From assembly GCF_018977255.1 (NCBI RefSeq), contig NW_024704742.1:72604001-72668000 (forward strand): a stretch of DNA of 64,000 nucleotides. Direction: 5' to 3'. Below, piece by piece: positions 1 to 12,470 of this stretch. Numbering within the stretch: position 1 is the first letter of the stretch; each line of letters starts with the position of its first letter. The position numbers and the translations under genes were made by a program. Source of the DNA: Callorhinchus milii (taxonomy: Eukaryota). Below the pieces are notes generated by a model, which had not been told where the DNA came from, made no database searches, and saw only the letters and a list, made by a program, of their open reading frames with translations.

Positions 1-2134
1 TTCTATTTCTTTTTTCCTTTTGTTTGAATTGGCTTTCCACATTAATATAAAATTGCATCTCATCTGAATTAAACATCACTCGAGACTGCAAGATCGCTTT
101 TAAAGCAGGTCATGTGTGCCATAGACTCCCGGTTACCAGAAGTGTGGCACACTTCCGACTCAGCAGAGGAATTTTGGGAGAGAATCTGGAAAGCATAGTG
201 GCTGAATGCTTGGTCACAAATGATGGGGGAGAATAAAAGGATCAGAGAATGTGCAGTAGGCCTAAGTTTGGAAAACAAAAAGATTGCAGGAAAATCACAG
301 CGTTGGGTGAGGTTAGGGTATGCAGGCACAAAGGAGTGAGAACTACACTTTGCAATATCAGGTGCTTTGAGACATCCTCCCAACATGAAAGGCACTATAT
401 AAATGCAAGTTGTATTGTAATTATACTTCTATTCAAGGCTTTTCACAGATTTGGGACTGTGCTATGCTGGACACAATTTTACAGAAAGCAAAGAACTCCA
501 GGAATGGGTGGATCTACAGAACCGGCCTAGGTAAGTTTATGTAGTCTGTTTGTAAAATTATATGGAATGTGGAAGGCGATTCATGACTCAACAAGTTTGT
601 TCTCTCCTTAGATCGCGAAAAATATTTTCCTCTCTGGCCAATACCCAATTCACTCAATCTCACAACAGAGGCAATCAAATGCCATGAAGAATCCAAGATG
701 ATAAAATCTGAAGCTTTGCCCTCTCCCCTCAGGGTAATGCTACAAAGGGCTAGGATATTAATGTAAGCCCTTTGGCAACCGGTGAACAACTGCTTAGGTG
801 AAGGTGGATCACTCAATATTTCCTCCCCCTCCCCTCACCTCCCTATGTGCTTTCCAAGGCACCTGGGTTCAGTGATGGAAAAACTGAACTAGCAAAATCC
901 AAATAGGATCGTTCATACATACGCAACAATGGGATTTAATACTGGAGCAGACCAGCCAGCCTGCCCAGAACATCCCGGTTTAATTGATTGACAGCCAAGT
1001 CGGCTTTGAGCTGATCGTCATAACCGTACAGCTCTTTATGGCCCAGAAACCCAGCCAGGTGTAAACTTTAATCTGCCATGTCCGGTAGATTTTAATACGA
1101 CTGAATACAAGATTATAGAATGCAACAAAAACACATAGCATTAGGAGGCTTTGATCGCTTTTAGCGATCCTGATCGGTTTAGGCTACTTTGCAGATAATT
1201 ATTCCATATACAAACACTTAAACTGACTCACAAAAACTTGCAATTGTTGGAATAATCTTCTACCCACCTACCCATACCAGGCAAGTGCTGCCCAGTTTGG
1301 AACTTGTATGTTTGTGTCAATTGTGAGTTTGTAAGCAGGAAAGTTGTCAACTCTACATTCACTGTAGAGTATTAGGTCAATAAAATAAAGCACCAATGTC
1401 AATTGTCATTCAACACAAGATTCCAGGACCTCAGCAGATTGCATTTAGATTTTCTGTGTCGCTTCACCTCCTTGTGGAATCAAGAAAAGGTTTTCATGCT
1501 TTTGAACATTACAAACAAATCATTATTCACTGAACTGAATGCCAGACTCATCCAAACATTAACTGTCAGAGACATTCAATGAGCCATTGCATCACTGCCT
1601 TCCTAGTTTTCAATACTGCTTCCTCATTCCCCTATGTCAGTTCCTTTTAAGATAGCTGACTACATGCAATCTGCTCAATTGCCTCATCTTACAATCTTAC
1701 ATCATCTTCAACAGGAACTGATGGCCAGAATATGCTCAGACGCTGCACTCCAAATCTTTTTNCATTGCTTCCATTTCTTTCTGCCAATACTGTGGTCAAA
1801 CTTGGCACCTAGCCTCCCTTATGGTCTGTAAATCAACCATCAATGAGATGTGGGCAAGATGCCACTCCTTCGCAAGGATTTGACAGAACAAATGGCAAGT
1901 TTCCACACTGAAATCGTGGACTTTAAGACAGAAACATAGATTTCTGTAGCCTATTTGCAATGCAGGATAAGCAAGAGATCTCAAGCAAGAGACAAGTTAC
2001 TTCAATACCCCACAAGGGCCATCTCTCAGTTTGGAGTGGCTGCCACCTTTAGAATTGTTCGGTAGGGCACTGACCTTCACGGGATTGTGTCAGCCCAAAG
2101 CAGAACATTTTGAAGCGCTGAGTCAAAGAGATAA

Positions 2135-2415
2135 GATAATAATAATACTTCTATTTAGTGTAGCATCACATCAATAGGAATCCCAAAGCACAATACTGTA
2201 AAGTGGAGTGACTGTGTATTTTGTGGGAGAACGAAGCAGCCAATTTGCACACAGCAGTGTCCCACAAAGAGCCATGCAGTGAATGACCAATTTTATTTGA
2301 GAGATTGCTGGCTGGGATGTAATTGCCTTCTTTTTTCAAATAGTGCCATGGGATCTTAAATGTCAAACTGAGTCTCTGTCTGCCTGTTCAGTTAAACATC
2401 TTATCCGAAGGACAG
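2135..2415 (-). mobile_element. Deu-domain SINE, 5'-truncated
   Basis: Reverse complement contains the Deu-type core aagatcccatggcactatttgaaaaaagaagg...tgtgggacactgctgtgtgcaaattggctgc and an ATT-rich tail. Confidence 0.75.
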
Positions 2416-2538
2416 ATGTGGCTGTATATCCAGAATTCAAAATATATGTAATGCTTAATTTAAAACATATATATATATATATATGTTTTAAATTAAGCAT
2501 TACATATATTTTGAATTCTGGATATACAGCCACATCTG
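2413..2538. repeat. Perfect 126-bp palindrome with central (AT)9
   Basis: 2413-2475 is the exact reverse complement of 2476-2538 (cagatgtggctgtatatccagaattcaaaatatatgtaatgcttaatttaaaac...). No spacer. Confidence 0.95.
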
Positions 2539-3374
2539 CAGTTGTGGCTTTACTTTGACTGCAGTTGAGTACAATCCTCCACTATTGCTTTAATTTCATA
2601 TAGCTGGCATCCCTTTTCAGTCCAGTAAGTAAAGGAACTTGTAAATGTGTTGTTTGACCATACTGTTCAAAAAGATGATTCAAATCTGGAACTGTGCTGA
2701 ACTGTCTGATATCAATTGGTGCACAGCTAGGGTGCTAGAGTTGACCTCATTGCTCGGGGTTTCAGAGTAGAAAAGCAAACAGAATTCATCCTCCTGATAG
2801 TTATCCAGAGACCTGCTGCATGTGTGGGTAAGGAAATAATTGTGGTTTAACTTTACAGCCTGTCAAAGGTCAGACCTTTCTGCCTACCTATTCCAGATGT
2901 TGATTATCCCATGTGGGCAGAAATACTACTTGCTGTCCATCCTGAACTTGTCCTTCTCAAGACTGTCCTTGCTGTATCAAAATATTGTTCAGTTACATTT
3001 CTCCACCCCAATTAGTGTCTCACCTTCTAGAACTCTAGCTTATCCCCTCATTTCCCATATCCCTTTAACACTAGGAACCATGCTTGCTGCTCTCTTCTGC
3101 ATTGCACGGGATGATTCCCTTCGGCTGTGAGAACTGTATGCAAAAGCAGCATCATACACAATACTCCAGTTGCAGCCTGCTTGGAATATGGCAGTACTGA
3201 GCATGAGTTTAACCAAACAAAACCATTCAGTTTCAGGAAATCTGTACCCTTCACTTTTTTTGGTCAGACAAGTGTCTGACACATGGGGAAACCAATCACT
3301 ATGCTTAAGAGTCTGTGAACGAAACTAAGATTTCCATGTATCCCACCTACACATGGAAATCCCAGAGATAGACT

Positions 3375-3710
3375 GTTGGAATGGAATGCGCACTCTCTCC
3401 CTGGAGGGATGCATCCTACTTACCTAATTCTGGAAAGTATTAGGCGTAGGTTGGCAAGAGCCAAGGCTTAAGAACCCCAGAGTGTGCATTGGGGTAACTC
3501 CAGGAGTCTAACCAGCTAAAACCACATAGCTTGCTATTGATATTGCTTTCTGGCAAGATTTTCCATTGCTTGGCCAGCTAAGGCCACCAAACCAGTTAGG
3601 GCTTTGGATTGCAGAGTTAACAGGAGCTGAGTGGGATGACTCCCTGCCCCCAGTGACTGGTTTGCCCTTCCAGGTCCTGCCAATGAGCCAGGCTGGCTGT
3701 CATCATGACT
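3375..3710 (-). repeat. Old dispersed repeat (unclassified, SINE-like), copy 1 of 3
   Basis: Aligns by eye with 54855-55117 (same orientation) and 17730-18090 (opposite). Shared blocks: ctccctggaggga, ttacctaattct, ggttggcaaga, ttggccagcta, gagctgagtg, tccctgcc. Strand assignment is tentative. Confidence 0.7.
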
Positions 3711-3718
3711 GTGCCTGG

Positions 3719-3895
3719 AATAATAATAATCCTTGTATTTGATATAGCACATTATCACATCTTCGAGATGTCTCAATGCTCTCCACAGAATGTACTGTAA
3801 AGTGAATTAACTGCATATTTTGTGGATGAAATGTGGCAGCCAATTGTGCATAGTAATGTCCCACAAACAGTCATGGACTGAGTGACCAAATTATT
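3719..3895 (-). mobile_element. 3' fragment of tRNA/Deu-tail SINE
   Basis: taataataatccttgtatttgatatagcac...gtcccacaaacagtc is the reverse complement of the SINE 3' end. Confidence 0.8.
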
Positions 3896-4122
3896 TTTTT
3901 TACTGTGGAATACTTCAGACCCGCCTGGCTCAGGAACCGGCCTACCGAGACCGCCACAGAGGGCTGGTTTGATTCCGACATTCCGTTACCAGGCATGTCA
4001 TCTTGGAGCCAGTGCAATTCCAAGGAGGCCCCACTTAATGCCCTTCATCCATTCTCATACTGCTCCACATTTAAAGTATGAAATATCAACCTCAGCTGTT
4101 GTTTTTTTTTTTATTTAAAAAA

Positions 4123-4443
4123 GTGGAGTCCTGTAGCTCAGTGGTTAGAGCACTCGCTTTGCAAGCGAGAGACCTGAGTTCAATTCCAGGCAGAGGGCGA
4201 AACCTTGGGCAAGTTTCCTTACTCCACACGCCTAATAATAATCCCTCCAAAACCAAAAACAATAATAAATTGGTCATTTTCAATCTACAACTGTTTGTGG
4301 GACACTGCTGTGCGCAATTGGCTGCCGCGTTTCACCCACAAATATACAGTCAATTCACTTTACAGTGTGTTCTGTGAAGCGCTTTGGGACGTCCTCCCAA
4401 CGTGAAAGGCACTATATCAAATGCAAGGATTATTATTATTATT
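4123..4443 (+). mobile_element. Young full-length tRNA-derived SINE, short form
   Basis: tRNA-like head GGAGTCCTGTAGCTCAGTGGTTAGAGC...GAGTTCAATTCC (Pol III A and B boxes), Deu-like 3' part, L2-type stem-loop tail and (ATT)n. Near-identical to copies at 16119, 43414 and 48914. Confidence 0.92.
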
Positions 4444-5744
4444 GAATAGACATAAATAACAGCGACTGTCCTAGAGTGCGATTTCTTGTATGAAACCCTT
4501 TGGCTTTTAGGAACAACAATTATTATTATTTATAACCATGATTGAACTGCCTTGGACAACAGTCAATTCCAGCAAGCATTTATTTGCATGCATTTAACTG
4601 AATTAAAAATATGTACTTTGTTGATTCTACCCCTCGTGAATATTCCAAACACTTAAAGTGTGACACTGAACAAAGGTTCAGTGGTGTTCACAAGCAATAA
4701 TCTGGATAAGTCCAACACTTAAAAATGAACACTCCAATCCATTTCATGCAAACCATTTGGGGGAAAGGTTTACACATATTCCTGTATTACATAGCTCACA
4801 AACCTCATAAGAGTCAGTTTATATTACAATGCTCATTCTGCTCAAGTTGTGAACTTCAGCACACTGTCCGTCTTCATGCTGAATTCATGATGATATAATT
4901 TAATTGTTTACCACAATAAGGCAAGGCACCAGCTTGGCTCAGTTAATAGCACTCTTGCCTCTGGGTCAGAAGGTTGTCGATTAAAGCTCTACTTCAGGCC
5001 AGTCTGAGCTGATGCTCCTGGAGTGCTGGGATTGCTCCATTGTCAGAGCTGCTGTCCTTCGAAAAATCCTGAGGTTTCAACCTCTTCTTCAGATGGACCT
5101 TAAAGGTCATGTGATAGCATTTGGCAATAATTATCTGTGAAGCACTTTGAAGCATTTCGATATTAGCAGGGCTAAATAGAATGCAAGGAGTATTATTGCA
5201 TATTTGTACCTATTGAAGAGAAAAACTCAAACCAACACATTTTCAGGTTTGAAAGAGGTAATGATCAACAACATCCACTTGGACATTTATTCAACCCATT
5301 TTCCATGATTGTGAAGCTAACTTCTACTGCCTTATTTTTTCACCATTGTACTTTCTTGTTGATGTTCCAAATGTATCTTTTATTTCTTTGTACCACTTCT
5401 TGCCAGTTGACTCCCTCATGATTCAGTATATAAGAACAAATCCTGGGGAAATCTATAATTGCTCACCGTCCTTTCACATCTGCTACCTTCAAATTCAACC
5501 AGAGAGGCTGAAATTCTACCATCTCTCAGTTGGCCCTATGTGGAGATTGGGCAATGAACATTAGAAATGGAGACAGATTTTATTATCTTACACTGACCTT
5601 TATTATGATGCACAAAATACATATGCCTACATATAGATCTGATCCCCTCCATAATAGCTGTCTATGTTAACAACGATAACAAGAGAGGTTTGGATGAAGA
5701 ATGCCCTTGGGCCCATTTCATCACATCTTTCCAGCCTGTGTATC

Positions 5745-6150
5745 AGCCTAACCCAGTTGGTAGCACTCTTGCCCGAGTCCGAAGGTTATTGATACATACC
5801 CAAAGTTAAGATTTTTGACCTTGTATAGTCTAGGATAATACTCCAGTGTTGAGGTATGCTGGAGGTACCATCCTTCTGATGAGACATTAAATCGAGGCCC
5901 CAAGTGGACATTAAAGATTCTATGGCACTATTCGAAAAGACCAGGTAGTTTCTCCCAATATCTTGGCCAATAACCCAAGCAAAATTGATGACTTACTTCA
6001 TGGCTGTTTGTGAGCCATTGCTGTATGCAAATTAGCTGCCACATGTTCCCATAGAATACAAAGTCACTATCCTTTACAGTAAATCCTGGGAAGCAATTTG
6101 AGACATCCTCTACATATGGAAGATGTTATATCAAATGTAAGGATTAATTA
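5745..6150 (+). mobile_element. Old Deu-domain SINE, near full length
   Basis: tRNA-like head (cagttggtagcactcttgcc...), Deu core gatgagacattaaatcgaggcccc...aaagattctatggcactattcgaaaaga, and tail tatcaaatgtaaggatta. Confidence 0.8.
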
Positions 6151-6833
6151 AATTATTTAATACTTTACACTGTTTTGACATGATGGGCCAACTAAAACAC
6201 CTAGATCTATTTCAATTCTGACCTTGGCAACTTATTTACCATCATGGAGCACATATGCTTCCTGTTCCCTATATGGAATATCTTGTATTTATCTGTATTG
6301 TACTTAATTTAACACTTACCAGCCCTTATGCATACCCTATCAAACTCTCTTTGTTAAGACCTCTGCTCAAGTCGGGAACAGTGGAAATCTTCTAATATCA
6401 AACTTGTAAAAGAATCTTCAAAGTATTTCTCTCTTACTCACTTTTCCTCTCTAACATCATCGAATTCAATCCTATCAATCAGTTACTTTTAGAACGTTTT
6501 ACTTTCTGAATAAATCTCAATAGGGCATACTGCAGTCGGCATTTGAATGTAATACTGCGGTAGAGACATTTGAATGTGTTTAACTGTGTAAAGAAAATAC
6601 GCTGTAATGAATTAAACTGGCCGAAGTCTCAATTAAAAGGACTTTTATTCCCTCCACCTCTCCTCTCCTGAAAGTAGTTCTGCAGATCTTTGGAGGGTCT
6701 CCAGTAACTCGCAACTCAGCATGTGATATAGTTTCTCCTCTGACAGTTTCAACTGATCTTGTATGTAGGGTAGATATTTTTCATCCCTACCTGCCAAGCA
6801 GTTGTACGTCTGCCCTATCATCTCCTGAATGAC

Positions 6834-7484
6834 TGGAAGGTAGAGACTAAAAGCACACAATTTTAATGCACAACTTGATTTTCAGCATATTCCCAAAAGG
6901 CTTCAGAACTCGCCATACTTTAAAATGCCAAAGTAAGTACACTGAAGTTCTCTCATTTAAGAGTTCGTTTGTCTGTCCGAAAACAAAGCCATTAGATTCT
7001 CCTTAGCATAGATACTGATGTTGAACAGTCCGCATAGACCATCACAGAACAGCTGATGTGACATGTCTCAGGTAGAAGCCTCCGAAATAGCTTTTCGTCA
7101 CATGTAGCTCAAACATTGGACTTTTCTGCATCCTGTGCCTTCCAAAGGTTCATGCCGCAGTTAATAAGAATCTGACTTTCCAACCATTTAATTTCTCTGC
7201 TACTTCTGATATTATACAAGAGGCAGAAACTGTACTCTGTCTGAGCAAGAATCCACTCAATTAAATCACTAACAAACAGTGCAATTCTGGGCATGTACCT
7301 AATAGTTCGCCAACAAAATAGTCTCTACACTTTACTGTAAATCATGTGAAGCGCTTTGAAACTTCCTCCCGTTATGAATGTCGCTATGTCAAATGTAAGG
7401 ATTATTATATTTCTCAAATGACAGAATGTGACGTAAATCACTACGCATGCATTAAAATTGTGTGCTTTTAGTCTCCTCCTTCCA
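6834..7484. repeat. 37-bp inverted repeat pair (6834-6870 / 7448-7484)
   Basis: tggaaggtagagactaaaagcacacaattttaatgca versus tgcattaaaattgtgtgcttttagtctcctccttcca: 35 of 37 positions complementary. Confidence 0.9.
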
Positions 7485-9131
7485 TAAGAAATTTATTTTC
7501 ACAACCGAGGAGTACTAGCTCTCATGAACTGGAGTTTGGTTTCCTTCACTTGTTCAAAGCAGAGCAGCAACAATGACAACAATATCATCTCCTGTGATAT
7601 TGTTGTCATTCTGTGTCGAGCCAAAGATTTTCCGACAAATCTTTGAATATCAACAAGTGCTGGAACCTGGGAGCTTGACTGACGACTGGCACAAGAAAAC
7701 TCTGAGCAGCTACCAGTTATCAATGTCTCTCAGCATGTCTCCTAGCAATCCATTAGATCAAACACGAGCCCAAATCAGGACTTTTTGGAAATTAAACTTC
7801 ATTTCCCCCCCACTCTCTCCACCCCCACTAAACCCCCACCGTTCCCCTCCCCCACTGACCCATGCAGCCTCTTCCTGGAGGTGCATCTCTATGGTCATTG
7901 ACCACCTTCCAATACCTCACGCAAGAGATCAGTCATTCTTTATGTGGACGTATACAGTGAAGCAGTAACCTGGCAGTACCTGCTACAGATCTTACAGCAG
8001 TAATCTTCGTGCTGCTGGCAGCAACTTTCGCATCAGTCTTAGTGGGACTATATACTCGGATCAACCTTTGAGACTAGTCCTCAGTGCAATATTGATCTGT
8101 GCGTCAGTGGCTACGTTGTGCTTAAATGCCATTCAGATATGTAATGGACTCGAGCTACAGCCTTCTCCGTTGTTCATGTAGTACATTTAACTACTGCTTC
8201 GTTGCAAGGTAAACTGGCTGAAGAAAAAAAGACAGATGTCTTTTGAATGGCGCTAGTCCCTGCTGCTGCACTTCCTCACAGCACCTACAGTGTTCATGGA
8301 TCAAGAGCAAGTTATGCAATAAAATGACCAGGCAGCACCATGCTGGTAGCTCAGCAGTTAACTGGCTGCTGCATCTATCCTTCCTTTGCAGAGTCGGAAC
8401 ATCATTACCAGAAAACTGACTGTATTACAGTGAAAGTGCAGAAACAGGTTATGCTGGTTGTATGGAATACATCAATCGGAACAGAGGCAATCCAGACCCC
8501 CTCCAGGCTATGCAAACTTTCATTTCACAACACTTAAAGGGGGAACACAAGTCTAGAAAGTGTACATTTTGTTTGAAGTTTTCCATTATTTGATAGAAAA
8601 AACCTTATATTAATTGAGAATTCTTCACATCCTAGTAATATATATTGTTTCTTATTGGAACAGGGTGCTCTGAGTCAGGTCTCCCCTTAGCAGCAATGTT
8701 CTTCTGCTTCCTGCAGGAGATCCACAGGAATCAACAGGAACTGAGATTACGGACCGACAAAAGAGCCAAATTGGAGCGGTGGGAATTCTACTCCACAGGC
8801 GAGCTACGATAAATCACAATTCACAAACAATTATTCATTTCTCTTAAAAAAATGTTTAGGCCAGACCAGAATGTTTAAGTAAAGTACTGCATTTAACCTC
8901 AACTGTCATGATCTTCCAGAATTTTACAGCCTGCGCTGGGTTTCTGAAAAGAGTAATCGGTTTTGTCCCACTCCTCTGCCTTTGGTCATTCACTCCAGGG
9001 CTGTTTGTGAAACATTATTCTAGCGCAAATTAGCTGCTGTGTTCATCAACAAAATATGCTGTCACAACACTTTACAATAAATCCTGTGAAGTATTTTGAG
9101 AAGTCCTATTGATGCAAAAGGTGCTATATCA

Positions 9132-9525
9132 AATAATAACAATCTTTGCATTTGATATAGTGCTTTATTATGTCTTCAAGATGTCTCAAAGCACTTAACA
9201 GAATAAACTGTAAAGTGAATTGACTGTATATTTTGTGGGCAAAACGCGGCAGCCAATTGTGCACAGCAGTGTCCCACAAACAGTCGTGGGTTAAGTGATC
9301 AAATTATTATGATATATTTTAAAAATGTATTTTTGTTTTGAAGGGATTATTAGCCCATGAACAGCGATCTGCCAATCGACTAACAACCAGGTTCCTACTT
9401 ACTGCTCGGTAAACAGACGTGTTGAGTAAGGAAACTTAACCAACGTTTCACCCTGCCCGGGCATGAAATCCAGATCCTCTGGCTTGTGAGGCGAGTGCTC
9501 TAACCACTAAGCTACAGGACTCCAC
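9132..9525 (-). mobile_element. tRNA-derived SINE, long form
   Basis: Reverse complement begins gtggagtcctgtagcttagtggttagagcactcgc and carries the extra central block (gtttaccgagcagtaagtaggaacctggttgttagtcgattggcagatcgct). Confidence 0.88.
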
Positions 9526-11049
9526 AGACAAAGATTCTTATATTTTTCCCATACCTATTATACTTTTCTTTAATTGCATAGAATTCCCTTTTAAAGGCTG
9601 ATAAGAATTCTGCTGCAACTACTGTTTTTGATCAGTTGTTCCATGCCCTCATAACCCTTTGTACATGAAAATTTTTCCTAACCCTCTCCCTTTGTTCTTT
9701 CGTTATTGATCTTATTTTAGTCAACATAGCATGTTGACAATGAGAACTGTTCAAAATAATTAACTTTTGGCAAACCTACATTGATCTTATCAACATTTCA
9801 CTGTGAGGCTCCATGTAGCGTTACACATTGAATACAGATTAATAATAACCCTTGTAAGTTTGCTTTTCATTCACAAAATAAAACCCTGGTTTTCTCCCTA
9901 GGGTAAATCTTTTCTGTCATAGAACGGGAGAATAACATCAAAATCTCAAGCTCTGATGCTACAAGGCACAAGAGGCCATCTGAAGAATCCCATTGCCCAT
10001 CTCTGAAACATGTATTAAAATGGATTTGAAATAAAAATCCACTCCTATAGTATTCAAGAAATGGGGTGTTATATGTACACAATACTGCAGGCAATCAGGC
10101 ACAAGACTGGATCATGGCTTCCGAAGCCCTTAATATATTGTTCACCTTGATATATTTTAAAAATTTATTTTAAAATTTACCTCACATTCATCTGATCCCA
10201 GCCCTTGCTCAGAATTGAAAGGTTAATGTGTGCCCGATGGTATGCAGCTTTCTGAAATTCACCAGAAACACTGGAGAATTCTCAGTTATTAGAGGATCCA
10301 GCGGGGGAGCTGAGGAAGAATGCTTATTGGCTGGGGCATCGGTTTTGTGCTATCGTTCCTGAAGGCATAAACAATGCACTTACTGATGGTTTGGCAAAGA
10401 TCTGAGGTAGGTAAAGTGCCTATTGCCAAGGAATTAAACTGTGCCAATTATGGCACGGGATGAAACAAGGTATGGGCCTGAAATACGAAGGCATCATAGA
10501 TTCATGAAAAAGAATAGAATACTGGCTCTCTGCAAAACAGCAAGGTAATAAAATATTGTCCCTATGCAGAAATTGTTTTACCATGAAACACAGCAACGTT
10601 GAAGGGAATTGTTGATGTACATTTCTGAGGCAAATCACAATTTAGGAACAGAAGGATTCCAATGATGAGAACAACCTTAGACTCAGACATTCAGAGATAC
10701 AATAGTAATTCTAACAATACAAGAAAGACTACGTAAACAGAATGCTAATCCCAATGCCTCCACTTCCAATGAGTGCTATTGATGTTCCCATTGCTGGGGC
10801 TGGCTTCACTCAATTTTTCCTGGTTGTAAAATGATCTACAATTTCACACTAAGCCCACAGGATACTCAGACGGTGATGTGAAAGATACAAAGTAGTATTG
10901 TATTGCATCCTCTGTGGATTTCAGTGGAAAGAGATGCAGTTGTAGATTTGAGAAAGTCTTTTACTAAAAAAAACTCATTATAAACTTAGTTCTATACAAA
11001 CAAAAAAAGCAATGGATAAACTTCAGACAAACATCCAAAACCTTTACAA

Positions 11050-11675
11050 CAACAGTGTGGGAGTGATGGGGTCACGGAGCCTGGTGTACGAGAGTACACA
11101 AGCTGCAGTCTTGGATGATCTGCAGCTTGTGAAGGGAAGAGTTGGGAAGGCCGATGAGGAGGGAGTTTCTGTAATTGAGCCTTGAGGTGACGAATGCATG
11201 AATAAGGGTTTCGGCAGTCTGAGGGGTGAGGCAGTGGCGGAGTCTGGCAATGTTGCGGAGGTGGTGGTAGGCAGTGCCGGTCATGGCGCGGATGTGGGGG
11301 AGAAAGGACAGTTCAGGGTCAAACAAGACACCCAGGTTCCTGACTGGCTTAGTGAGGTTGAGTATGCAGCCGTGGAGGCTGATGCTGCCAGCGCCCGAGG
11401 TACGGAGGCGCTGGTGCGAGCCAATCAGGAGGGCCTCGGTCTTGTTGACGTTCAGTTGGAGAAAGTTGTCCCTCGTCCAGGAATTGATGTCGGACAGGCA
11501 GTCGGTCAGGCGCCAGTAGTACTGGAGTTGAGGGTGGAGGCAGAGAGATATAGTTGGGTGTCATCCGCATATATGTCGAAATTTACCCCATGTCTGCGAA
11601 TGATGTCACCAAGGGGCAGCATGTAGAGGGTGAAGAGAAGGAGACCAAGGATAGAGCCCTGAGGAACAACGCACG
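11050..11675 (-). mobile_element. L2-clade LINE ORF2 (reverse transcriptase) fragment, frameshifted
   Basis: Translations [42 protein letters not shown] (RT YADD motif) and FDPELSFLPHI...HLRNIARLR...LIHAFVTSRLNYRNSLLIGLP. Confidence 0.92.
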
Positions 11676-12127
11676 AGATGGTGCGTTGTAAAACAGCGCC
11701 TGTAAAACAGTTTAGAGACCGGCATCCCATGTACAAAGATCTACCTAGGCTATTTACATACATAATTGGCCTCTCCCTACACTGAGAATTTTCCTTTCAA
11801 CTGATGAGGGAGGACAAAATGAAATGACCCCGGGTATCAGTATACTGGGCAGGCCAACTCCAACAAATTAACCAAAAAAATGGCATTTGCTAATCTACTG
11901 TTTCTTTTCTCTAAGCAAGCTGCAGCAAATGCACATCTGCCAAAGCAAATGGTCCTGGCTTTCAATACCTAACAATGTATGCACAGACACAGACTAGCTC
12001 ATTTCCAAAGAAGAAGAAACCTAGCCTCAAGGTGTGTTGCAGAACTGAGCGAGGAAGTGAAAGATATACAGTAATAAACCCCAAATTATTCCAGCATACA
12101 GCAACTCCAATTAAATAGACACTCAAA

Positions 12128-12470
12128 TGAGGGATTTTGATAGATTAAATAAGGAGAAACTGTTTCCACTGGAGGGTGGGTCGGTAATCAGAGGATACAG
12201 ATTTAAGATAATTGGTAAAAGAACCAGAAAGGTGCTGTAGAGAAATTTCTTGTTTTCATGATCTGGAATGCCCTGTCTGATAGGATGGTGAAAGCAGATT
12301 CAATAATAACTTTCTAAAGGGAACCGAATAAATACTTGAAAAGAAAAACCATTGCAGGGCTATAGGGTAAGAATAGGGGAGTGGGTCTAATTGGGTAGCT
12401 CTTTCAAAGAGCCAGCACAGGCATGATGGGCCAAATGGCCTTCTTCTGTGTGTAGGATTCTATGATTCTA
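12128..12470 (+). mobile_element. CR1-clade LINE 3' fragment
   Basis: ORF2 C-terminal-like ttttgatagattaaataaggagaaactgtttccactg, and 3' end gatgggccaaatggccttcttctgtg...attctatgattcta. Confidence 0.8.

Noticed and set aside
4125..4195. tRNA gene-like sequence (also at 16119, 20116, 43783, 48929)
   Set aside because: These are SINE heads: each continues directly into the SINE body and tail rather than ending as a tRNA with a terminator.
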